Virus record (IMG/VR): IMGVR_UViG_3300032213_000694
Location: 1 to 64,000 of that record
DNA length: 64,000 bases
Strand: one strand, 5' to 3'
From: an uncultured virus (IMG/VR IMGVR_UViG_3300032213_000694)
Taxonomy: Duplodnaviria > Heunggongvirae > Uroviricota > Caudoviricetes > Crassvirales
Shown one piece after another: positions 10,339-17,382 of the stretch. Position numbers and translations under genes: made by a program. The notes under the pieces are model-generated. The model made no database searches. It saw only the letters and a list, made by a program, of their open reading frames with translations, and had not been told where the DNA came from. Position 1 is the stretch's first letter, and every line of letters starts with the position of its first letter.

Positions 10339-10874
10339 TCTAGAAGTTTATTAATCAAAGTGTTACAAGTTTTCTTTAAAGCCGAACTCAAGTTTGTTTG
10401 ATTAAATTTGCCTCCTTCGTCTATTAGCAACGTAGACATTGATACTTCCTGTGCAGATTCTTGTGCTATAATTGTTTTCTTAACCTTGCCATCTTTAATT
10501 AGCTTGCCACGCATACGTATAACCACAGCGTCACTGTTGCGATGGAACACAGATAAATTAGACTGAGTCTTAATAATGTCTAGATATAATATCTCTACCT
10601 CAATCTTAGTTGTAGCATATGGGTTAAGCACATAGTCTTTCTCCTCCACATATTCTTCAAGCATACCTTTCACACCAAACTCTAGGTTGCGGTTGCCTGC
10701 TAGTGCACCAATCTGTACATTATTCTGTACAGATGAGATGTTAATACTCTCGTTACTGTGTAACACAATACTGCGAGCCAACTCTGGGTTAAAGAAATGC
10801 AGATACACAAAATAACCTTGTGTGCTAAGTCCAATTGCAACTATGCACGATACAATAAATAATAATCCTTTCAT
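10335..10874 (-). CDS. membrane-anchored CsgG/LptE-like protein, apparent paralog of 7230..7937
   Basis: Start MKGLLFIV at 10874; shares (F/L)GV..(M/I)..E and KFNQ......AL motifs with the CsgG-like protein. Confidence 0.5.
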   Translation of the reverse strand: MKGLLFIVSCIVAIGLSTQGYFVYLHFFNPELARSIVLHSNESINISSVQNNVQIGALAGNRNLEFGVKGMLEEYVEEKDYVLNPYATTKIEVEILYLDIIKTQSNLSVFHRNSDAVVIRMRGKLIKDGKVKKTIIAQESAQEVSMSTLLIDEGGKFNQTNLSSALKKTCNTLINKLLE

Positions 10875-10890
10875 AATATAAAAGGACAAG

Positions 10891-11016
10891 TTATCCTTGC
10901 CCTCGTGATTTTTTAGTTCTTTTATCTTTTGGTCCCAACGTCTTAGCGTGTTTGCCTTTGCGACGTACTCCGAATGATATTTTCTTTGCTTCGGATGATG
11001 ATTTTGCTTTTGCCAT
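10891..11016 (-). CDS. small basic protein ending RGQG
   Basis: 41 aa MAKAKSSSEAKK...KSRGQG; ATG overlaps endolysin stop (TAATG). Confidence 0.75.
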   Translation of the reverse strand: MAKAKSSSEAKKISFGVRRKGKHAKTLGPKDKRTKKSRGQG

Positions 11017-11855
11017 TAGCTTAGTAGGTTATAGTATTCTTTAAAATGTTTCTGACGGTCTGCAAGTCCAATTGTACCGCCATTTACCCGTTTGGTTACC
11101 AAAGTTACAACATCTGGAGAACTACCTCTGTCGCATATTGACCACAAGTTATTCTTCTTAAAGAAGAACCCTGCCGAAGCTAAAGCATATTTAGTTGCAA
11201 CCAAGTCTGGGTTAGCCATAATGTCTTCAGGTACTGTGGCATCAAATGCTTCATAATTGTCCTTACCCGTGAGCTGGATATAGCCTCTTCCACGGTGCTT
11301 CCACCCGTCTCCTGATGCTTCGCTACCATTACCCATTCTGTTACCATAAACTAAGTTAGCAATCTTCTCAGGCTTGCGTTCGTATGCTTTTGCTTTCTCA
11401 ATAGTCTTAAAGTATTTCTTAAAAATACTAAGTAAGCCTTTTGCACCATAGTTTAAGTTCTCTTGAACAGCTCTAAAACCTCCTGACTCATGGCCACACT
11501 GGGCCAAAAAGTGAGCAAGTCTTAATGTGTTAGTAATACCAAATCTAGCAGCTGTGTCAGGAATCTGATCAATCACTGCTTGTGGGATGTGGCCCTTTAA
11601 TCTATCTAATTTAAAAGAAGTATTCTGTACAACCGGTTGTGCAACTGGAGCAGGAGTTGGTGCTTCTTGTTTAGGAGCAAACATCTTTGCCCAAGTATTA
11701 GGCCCAACTATACCATCAGGAGTCAAGCCATTAGCAGACTGCCATCCTTTTACAGCGGCTTCTGTCTTAGGCCCAAACTTACCAATCACATCAACTCCTA
11801 ATAACTCTTGGAGCTTCTTTACTTCTTCTCCTGTTGATCCAACTCTTAGTAACAT
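11016..11855 (-). CDS. endolysin: peptidoglycan-binding domain + glycoside hydrolase family 19
   Basis: GKFGPKTEAAVKGWQ...GLTPDGIVGPNTW; AHFLAQCGHES, RGRGYIQLTGKDNY, TKRVNGG. Confidence 0.93.
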   Translation of the reverse strand: MLLRVGSTGEEVKKLQELLGVDVIGKFGPKTEAAVKGWQSANGLTPDGIVGPNTWAKMFAPKQEAPTPAPVAQPVVQNTSFKLDRLKGHIPQAVIDQIPDTAARFGITNTLRLAHFLAQCGHESGGFRAVQENLNYGAKGLLSIFKKYFKTIEKAKAYERKPEKIANLVYGNRMGNGSEASGDGWKHRGRGYIQLTGKDNYEAFDATVPEDIMANPDLVATKYALASAGFFFKKNNLWSICDRGSSPDVVTLVTKRVNGGTIGLADRQKHFKEYYNLLS

Positions 11856-11856
11856 A

Positions 11857-12471
11857 TTACTTTAATTTATAGAAGTAGTTTACACCGTACATCACATTGC
11901 CATTTATGTCAATGTTTGCACTTAGATTATAAATGGCATCTTTCTTAGTCTTGTACAACAGCCCAGCTTCTGCACCTCTTATGCCAATGGTATTGTTAAC
12001 CATAACGCCACCTCCAACATATAATTGACGGACTGGTGGTGCATACTTAGTAATAGTTTTAGTTTCCTTAACAACCGGTATATTAAAATTATCACGTGTG
12101 CGTCTGTATGTTATTTTATTTTCTTTAACTGTGTCCAAGACAGCAATGTACCCATAATCGCCTACCTTGATTGTATCTTTGTAAACAACTTTGTTTATAT
12201 ACAATTTCAATAGAGCCATATACTGCTCTTTCAAGCGAGCATAGTTTGTATCAGGTAGCATCTCTGGTTTGGATGCCACCTCTACAATAATCTCTTTGTA
12301 AATGGGTACTTTCTTGACGATTACTGAATCGTATCTCTTCCAAGTAGTATCGTGAACAGTAATCGTGTCATTAGGTTTTATCTCAGCATTCCTGCTTCTT
12401 TCTCTCATAAAGAGAACTAGAAGCACCATGCTGATCACAAACATAATAATACTAACCTTCAGACTCTTCAT
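11857..12471 (-). CDS. membrane-anchored lysis-cassette protein (spanin-like)
   Basis: N-terminal TM helix, DTITVHDT repeats, C-terminal beta-hairpins ending YFYKLK; between holin-like genes and endolysin. Confidence 0.5.
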   Translation of the reverse strand: MKSLKVSIIMFVISMVLLVLFMRERSRNAEIKPNDTITVHDTTWKRYDSVIVKKVPIYKEIIVEVASKPEMLPDTNYARLKEQYMALLKLYINKVVYKDTIKVGDYGYIAVLDTVKENKITYRRTRDNFNIPVVKETKTITKYAPPVRQLYVGGGVMVNNTIGIRGAEAGLLYKTKKDAIYNLSANIDINGNVMYGVNYFYKLK

Positions 12472-12739
12472 ATGGCTCGATTTGGCCACCTAGGGCTTTT
12501 TGTCTTTCTGTCTCGTTTTGGCGGTTCTTTACTTTCTCGAAAGCTGCGATACCAAAACATCCTGCTGTTAGACCAGCAAATACTTCTAAGATAATAGGCT
12601 CAATCACAAACTGCTGACCCATGTATCCTGTGATAACATCCACAATGCCATAAACAGCAAGGATGCCAAATGATAAGAATCCTAATACAGACTTCTCGTT
12701 TAAATCGTTCTCGTCTTTAAATAAATCAATTAGAGCCAT
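12452..12739 (-). CDS. holin-like membrane protein
   Basis: 95 aa, two TM helices, charged C-terminus, in lysis cluster. Confidence 0.6.
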   Translation of the reverse strand: MALIDLFKDENDLNEKSVLGFLSFGILAVYGIVDVITGYMGQQFVIEPIILEVFAGLTAGCFGIAAFEKVKNRQNETERQKALGGQIEPYEESEG

Positions 12740-12894
12740 TTCTTTCTTTCTTTTATAAGTTTATATAGCTTAAACCCCGTGTACGCAATTGACAAAGCCA
12801 ATAACGCTACACGAAGCGTAGCCTCGATAGTGGTAAACGACAACATCAAAGTTATCGTGTTTAGTATTCCTATTTTCAAGTCGTCTTCTGTCAT
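12730..12894 (-). CDS. small holin-like membrane protein
   Basis: 54 aa MTEDDLKIGILNTITLMLSF...KLIKERKKWL; translationally coupled; below ORF-track cutoff. Confidence 0.65.
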   Translation of the reverse strand: MTEDDLKIGILNTITLMLSFTTIEATLRVALLALSIAYTGFKLYKLIKERKKWL

Positions 12895-13157
12895 TACCAG
12901 AGAGCAACAATGTTTGTAGCTGCTGTGCCTGTTGAGAAAACACGAACAACTCTTACTTGAAGTGTTGTTCCTACTGGTACTGCGTTGAAAACAACATCGT
13001 CACCTCCAACGGTTAATACTCTTAAGTTACCAGCTCCACCAATGTAAAGGATACATCCCTCATCATTTGTGCCTCCTGATACGCTAGGAATGTTAGTAGT
13101 GTTAGATGGCGTTACTGCTGCAGCACGGCCAGATTGAACATAATTAAAAACCCCCAT
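12894..13157 (-). CDS. head spike base / capsid decoration protein (RcGTA Rcc01079-like)
   Basis: AAAVTPS...LYIGGAGNLRV...G..V.F..VP.G..L.V.V.RV..TGT.AT.IVAL pattern. Confidence 0.75.
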   Translation of the reverse strand: MGVFNYVQSGRAAAVTPSNTTNIPSVSGGTNDEGCILYIGGAGNLRVLTVGGDDVVFNAVPVGTTLQVRVVRVFSTGTAATNIVALW

Positions 13158-13158
13158 C

Positions 13159-13287
13159 TTATTTCTTCTTTTTATTTTTCATTGCAGCTTGTGCATTCTC
13201 TGCGTAGTTCTTACGTGCCTTTGCTGTCAATTTTTGATTACTAGCTTCTTTGATGTCAAACGCTGTTTTTTTGCTAACCTTTTTCAT
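13159..13287 (-). CDS. small basic protein
   Basis: 42 aa MKKVSKKTAFDIKEASNQKLTAKARKNYAENAQAAMKNKKKK. Confidence 0.75.
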   Translation of the reverse strand: MKKVSKKTAFDIKEASNQKLTAKARKNYAENAQAAMKNKKKK

Positions 13288-13307
13288 AATTTATATCTTT
13301 TGAATTA

Positions 13308-13315
13308 CAAAGTTA
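13308..13315 (-). promoter_or_regulatory. Bacteroidota -7 promoter box
   Basis: TAACTTTG in intergenic gap. Confidence 0.6.
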
Positions 13316-13316
13316 A

Positions 13317-13595
13317 TTATTTTTTTTTGCCTCCACGAGCACGTCTATCGCCTGCTGTATTTGACTTTGAACCACGGTTTTTACTAGCAGATTCTTCTAC
13401 TACACGGCCATTCTTTTTGTGGCTCATGTCTTTGCCATCCTTGTCAGCATATTGACCACGCTCTCGGTTAATACGATTGAGCTCCATACGCTTTCTTAAC
13501 TGTTCAGGCTTCTTGTTGTACTCAGCCTGATACTCTAAGCGTTTAGCTCTAGCCTCTGGATTTTTTTTATAATATTCAGATGTGCGTCCTGCCAT
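13317..13595 (-). CDS. basic protein with degenerate HNH-like C-terminus
   Basis: DGKDMSH...ASKNR motif; K/R-rich. Confidence 0.55.
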   Translation of the reverse strand: MAGRTSEYYKKNPEARAKRLEYQAEYNKKPEQLRKRMELNRINRERGQYADKDGKDMSHKKNGRVVEESASKNRGSKSNTAGDRRARGGKKK

Positions 13596-13738
13596 TATTT
13601 TTTCTTCTTTTCTTTAGCAACAATCTTCTTTTCTTGCTTTAGCATTTCTTTGGTAGGCTTCTTGCCACTTCCGGATTTGGCACGAATATTATTCCACAAA
13701 GAGTTTTCTACTCCTAACTTATTTAGTTTCTTTTTCAT
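13595..13738 (-). CDS. small basic protein
   Basis: 47 aa MKKKLNKLGVENSLWNNIRAKSGSGKKPTKEMLKQEKKI...; stop overlaps next ATG. Confidence 0.75.
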   Translation of the reverse strand: MKKKLNKLGVENSLWNNIRAKSGSGKKPTKEMLKQEKKIVAKEKKKK

Positions 13739-14165
13739 TTTCTAATAATTTACCACCCCATTTAGTTTCGCATTCTCCACAAGCACATTCACCTCTTAAA
13801 TACATTGCTGCAAGTTCCAATAATTCTGGGTTATCTCTAAAATGTCCTAAACCCATATTACATCTATGACATAAACCGCCTCTTATTCTTTTTGTAATAT
13901 GATCGTGGTCTACAACCTCTGCTGGTAATCCACAAATTACGCACTCTTCGGAAGCATTAGCTTCTACAAATCTTTGGACTTCGCTTTCTGGTATACCCCA
14001 CTCTTTAGGAGGTATCAATTTTCTTCTTTTACTTCTATATTCATTAGCACAATCTCTACACCAACTATCTAATCCTGAAATTTTATTTTTATTAAGCCTA
14101 AAATGTTTAGCATCATATGGCTTTAATATATTGCATTTTGAGCAAGCCTTATCTAACAATTCCAT
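13719..14165 (-). CDS. endonuclease VII-like (free-standing homing) endonuclease
   Basis: CSKC...CRDC zinc finger; CVIC...VDHDH...RGGLCHRCNMGLGHF.D...L..A..YL. Confidence 0.88.
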   Translation of the reverse strand: MELLDKACSKCNILKPYDAKHFRLNKNKISGLDSWCRDCANEYRSKRRKLIPPKEWGIPESEVQRFVEANASEECVICGLPAEVVDHDHITKRIRGGLCHRCNMGLGHFRDNPELLELAAMYLRGECACGECETKWGGKLLENEKETK

Positions 14166-14428
14166 TTTTTTCGAGCTAGTCTTAATCTACTATTAGGGTC
14201 TTTTGCAGCCTCAGGGAATTGTTTCATTTGCCCTGCACTTCTAGCACAGAAAGACTTTCTGCGATTAGCATCTTTGCTGCCCGGCTTTAATTTTGAAGGA
14301 GGTGTAGTCACTGCTGTCTGCAGTTTACTACCAGGATTCTCACGTCTGTATGACGCTACGCCTTTAGCGTTAAGCCCACCCTTAGGGTCCTTGCCTTCTT
14401 TACGTGTCCAAGCTGCTGTCTTTGCCAT
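14153..14428 (-). CDS. conserved basic phage protein (DUF6321-like)
   Basis: AWTRKEGKDPKGGLNAKG...RRKSFCAR...KDPNSR...WNC. Confidence 0.75.
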   Translation of the reverse strand: MAKTAAWTRKEGKDPKGGLNAKGVASYRRENPGSKLQTAVTTPPSKLKPGSKDANRRKSFCARSAGQMKQFPEAAKDPNSRLRLARKKWNC

Positions 14429-14600
14429 GCTTTATTTTTTCTGTATAATACTGATCCTTGCTTGTTTGGAATGGGAACATTGCGTTCATGCGTTCCTTCC
14501 TAGCAGCACAGCCGCAGTCATCACCTACTATGGCTTTAACAGCGGCTGCAATACCTGTTACTTGTGTAACTTTGGCGACTACGTCTCCTAATCCTTGCAT
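14400..14600 (-). CDS. hypothetical protein with DCGC motif
   Basis: GLGDVVAKVT..TGI...DCGC..RKE.MN..FP. Confidence 0.75.
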   Translation of the reverse strand: MQGLGDVVAKVTQVTGIAAAVKAIVGDDCGCAARKERMNAMFPFQTSKDQYYTEKIKHGKDSSLDT

Positions 14601-14604
14601 ACTA

Positions 14605-15048
14605 CTAATTACCTGATTTCTTATTAGTATCTAGATTTTCATCTGTATAGTAAGAACGTAATGTTGAGCGATTTTTTAAATATTTAGAAATGCTCATTCC
14701 TTTTTTACCAGTTAATGGACCCTTTGCCTCATAAACATCTTCAATTAATTGATTACGCTTATTTGGTTCGAACCACTGTTTAGATCCACCTTGCCAAACA
14801 TCTCTTCCCTTTTTTTCTGGCTTTGTTCCTGATATAAAACTAGCGGGTAAATTAGTAGCAATGTCTCTATTCTCTGCTGAATAATCAGTAGCGAATTTAT
14901 CCATCTTACCCTTAAGAGCATCAATTTGAGAATTTTTAAACCCAATTCTATCATATTCTGATGGAGCCAAAGGGTTTTTAATTGGAACTATTTTTTGAAC
15001 AGTTCTAACTAAAGAAGCTTTTTTTTGGTCTGGTTTTTTCTTTGCCAT
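14605..15048 (-). CDS. basic hypothetical protein (PLAPSEY motif)
   Basis: 147 aa ORF, A-rich leader. Confidence 0.75.
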   Translation of the reverse strand: MAKKKPDQKKASLVRTVQKIVPIKNPLAPSEYDRIGFKNSQIDALKGKMDKFATDYSAENRDIATNLPASFISGTKPEKKGRDVWQGGSKQWFEPNKRNQLIEDVYEAKGPLTGKKGMSISKYLKNRSTLRSYYTDENLDTNKKSGN

Positions 15049-15056
15049 TTTATTTT

Positions 15057-15200
15057 TTATTTAGACATCTTTTTCATTAATTTGGCTGCCTTCATTATCT
15101 TAGCCATCTTCATTTCTTTCTTAGCAGCAGCTAATTTTGTAATGCCCATAGTTGTTTTAGGCATTGGGCGTGTCATCGGTGTTTTCTCTTGCTTTGCCAT
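15057..15200 (-). CDS. small Met/Lys-rich basic protein
   Basis: 47 aa MAKQEKTPMTRPMPKTTMGITKLAAAKKEMKMAKIMKAAKLMKKMSK. Confidence 0.75.
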   Translation of the reverse strand: MAKQEKTPMTRPMPKTTMGITKLAAAKKEMKMAKIMKAAKLMKKMSK

Positions 15201-15201
15201 A

Positions 15202-15582
15202 TTAACTGTTGAATTCTGTTGGAGGCAAAGGAATATCCCTACCTGTTGCTTTATTTATTGCTTTTATTGCCTTATCTCTATATTTAGTAGACTTTGACCC
15301 TTGCTCTTCAGATAAACGGAAGTAACCAGCCGAAGACTTTTTCATTCCTGCTTGATCTAGTACATTGCTCATAAACTTATTAGCCTCAGCTTCTTTTTCT
15401 AAGTTATTAGCATAGCTCCAAAGTTTTTTTGCATTAACCCTAGTGCTTTTAAGTGTTTTAGAACCCTTTGGTTGATTTTTCATATCATTTATTTTTCCTA
15501 CGTTACCTTTTAAGAAGCTCATATATCCATCTAAAGATTTAGCGGACTCAAATTTAGCAGCTTTCTTGATAACGTTTTTCAT
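15202..15582 (-). CDS. basic hypothetical protein ending GRDIPLPPTEFNS
   Basis: 126 aa ORF. Confidence 0.75.
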   Translation of the reverse strand: MKNVIKKAAKFESAKSLDGYMSFLKGNVGKINDMKNQPKGSKTLKSTRVNAKKLWSYANNLEKEAEANKFMSNVLDQAGMKKSSAGYFRLSEEQGSKSTKYRDKAIKAINKATGRDIPLPPTEFNS

Positions 15583-15588
15583 TTATTA

Positions 15589-15903
15589 CTAAGCACCAAA
15601 TAATTTAGAAGATGGAGGTAATGGCATATCACGACCTACTGCCTTATTAGCAGATGATACATCCATGCGGTATTCACGAATAACTCCACCTGATTTCTTG
15701 ATAGCTTCGTCAGCTCTCTTCTTTAGCATTTGAGACTTAAGTCTATCTGCTTCTTTAGATCTAAGGTCTGATTTAGCTTGTTGAGCAGAACCAAATCTAA
15801 CAGGTCTTGCACTTGCTTTTGCTAAAGAATCTGATAATTGGTAAGCACGTTCAGCAGTAATTTGACCCGGCTTTAATTTTTTTGTTGTTTTTGGCTTTTC
15901 CAT
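15589..15903 (-). CDS. basic hypothetical protein ending GRDMPLPPSSKLFGA
   Basis: 104 aa ORF. Confidence 0.75.
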   Translation of the reverse strand: MEKPKTTKKLKPGQITAERAYQLSDSLAKASARPVRFGSAQQAKSDLRSKEADRLKSQMLKKRADEAIKKSGGVIREYRMDVSSANKAVGRDMPLPPSSKLFGA

Positions 15904-15917
15904 ATTATTTTTTGTTA

Positions 15918-16313
15918 TTATTCTGGGAATTGTGTTGGAGCTAATGGTATTTTTGAATCACGGACCATTGCTCCTGGCTTAAGTTCGGGATTTGAATACA
16001 TTTCTGTTCTAAATCTTCTAAAATATGCTTCTTCTTTTCCCATTTGACCAGGACCAGATTGATAAGCTCCGTAGTTATACAGTCGACTTGGTTCCTTTGA
16101 TTTACCTCTTCTTTTATCTTCTGCTATTTGCTGCGTAAATCCTTTCTGATATAAAATAGAATCCTTTTTAGTTGGTTTACCAGAAACTCCTTCTTTTAGA
16201 TATTCATAAGTAGGTTTATCGCCAACCAACTCATTTACTCGCTTTCGAGCAACTCTAGTGTTGTCTTTTTTAGCAACTAATGCAGAAGGTTTTGATATTT
16301 TAATCTTTGGCAT
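15918..16313 (-). CDS. basic hypothetical protein ending RDSKIPLAPTQFPE
   Basis: Start reassigned to MPKIKISK (16313), just downstream of a TATCTTTG box. Confidence 0.75.
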   Translation of the reverse strand: MPKIKISKPSALVAKKDNTRVARKRVNELVGDKPTYEYLKEGVSGKPTKKDSILYQKGFTQQIAEDKRRGKSKEPSRLYNYGAYQSGPGQMGKEEAYFRRFRTEMYSNPELKPGAMVRDSKIPLAPTQFPE

Positions 16314-16331
16314 AATCTTATTATTATTTGG

Positions 16332-16349
16332 CAAAGATAAGTAATTTTG
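16332..16349. promoter_or_regulatory. back-to-back divergent -7 promoter boxes
   Basis: TATCTTTG on - (16332-16339) and TAATTTTG on + (16342-16349). Confidence 0.65.
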
Positions 16350-16368
16350 TAATACTAAATTTAATTTA

Positions 16369-16875
16369 ATGATCAAAACATATATGAAGCCTAGGCACAT
16401 AAAGCCAAGGGCTATTAAAGTGCGTGAATACAAGGTTAAGCCAATAGTTATCAGACGTGAGGCTGTCGACAAAGACTTTCTAAAATACATTAAAGTTGTG
16501 CGTGCTTGGGCCCGTCATAAGCATGGATTGAGTCTAGATGACTTTGAAATGCTGTGCTATTTGTACTCTGAACACGTATTTGATGCCAATCAGTTCGATC
16601 AATACTGCCAAATCTTTGGATTTACCCAAAATAGACGCAAAGATTTAATGGATAAGGGTCTAGTTGTGCACTTTAGGAAGCCTGAGCCTGGCAAAAGGGC
16701 TATTTATGAGCTATCATACCAAGCAAAGATCATCATGCGTCAAGTTTATGAGATGTTGCAAGGTGAAAAACCTATTCCAAAGCTATCTGACATCAAGCCT
16801 ATAAACAATAAACCCCATCACTTTGCCAAAAGGCAATATGACAGGGTCATTGAGCGTGCTAATAAGAACTTTTAG
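16369..16875 (+). CDS. putative winged-helix (MarR-like) DNA-binding protein
   Basis: GLSLDDFEMLCYLYS...LMDKGLV...YELSYQAK..M..VY; only convincing + strand gene in the late arm. Confidence 0.55.
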   Translation: MIKTYMKPRHIKPRAIKVREYKVKPIVIRREAVDKDFLKYIKVVRAWARHKHGLSLDDFEMLCYLYSEHVFDANQFDQYCQIFGFTQNRRKDLMDKGLVVHFRKPEPGKRAIYELSYQAKIIMRQVYEMLQGEKPIPKLSDIKPINNKPHHFAKRQYDRVIERANKNF

Positions 16876-17129
16876 AGCACCACCACCACATCTTTCTCAG
16901 TGATGACCGTATATAGGTCCTCATTGATGCGAATACTGTGGCCAGCTGCACGATCAAAGTAGATAAATGAGCCTGGTTTGATGCCATCTACTAGCGAGCC
17001 TTGTGATACCACGGTAGCTTTCTTGTAGCGTAGCTCATTTACGTCCGATGCGGACATGATAAGCCCCCCTTTTGATTTTGTGTCCTCTTCCATTGGGACT
17101 ATTAGAATATTCTTTCCAATTACCTTCAT
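16872..17129 (-). CDS. groES: co-chaperonin GroES
   Basis: IGKNILI.P......KGGLIM...ATVVSQG...IKPG..I.F....G..I......Y.VI.EKDVV. Confidence 0.9.
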   Translation of the reverse strand: MKVIGKNILIVPMEEDTKSKGGLIMSASDVNELRYKKATVVSQGSLVDGIKPGSFIYFDRAAGHSIRINEDLYTVITEKDVVVVL

Positions 17130-17153
17130 AACATTAATTATATTTTAGATTTC

Positions 17154-17381
17154 TTTACAAATTTGTAAATTTTATTTAACCTTATTATCAGAACTTACAC
17201 TTTTTTACAAGTTTCGTCAATAGTGTGCATTACTAATATACACTATCGGTTTGTATTTTTGTCATTTACCTCACCATATTGGTTTGGATTTTTATCATTA
17301 TCCGTAGTATTACTACCGAATTTGGCACTATTTTGTAACGTATTTTGGCAAAATTTGTTACACAACTCGGAATAATTCCGA
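17154..17381. promoter_or_regulatory. array of unrelated operator-like palindromes and one direct-repeat pair
   Basis: Six inverted repeats and a 23-bp direct repeat fill the groEL-groES gap; includes TCGGAATAATTCCGA (GGA-N5-TCC). Confidence 0.65.
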
Positions 17382-17382
17382 A

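Noticed and set aside
16314..16490. N-terminal extension of ORF 15918..16490 in the track
   Set aside because: Crosses the promoter boxes and overlaps the opposite-strand gene; start at 16313 is more plausible
17244..17299. 23-bp direct repeat as a mini-CRISPR array
   Set aside because: Only two imperfect copies with a 10-bp spacer and no cas genes
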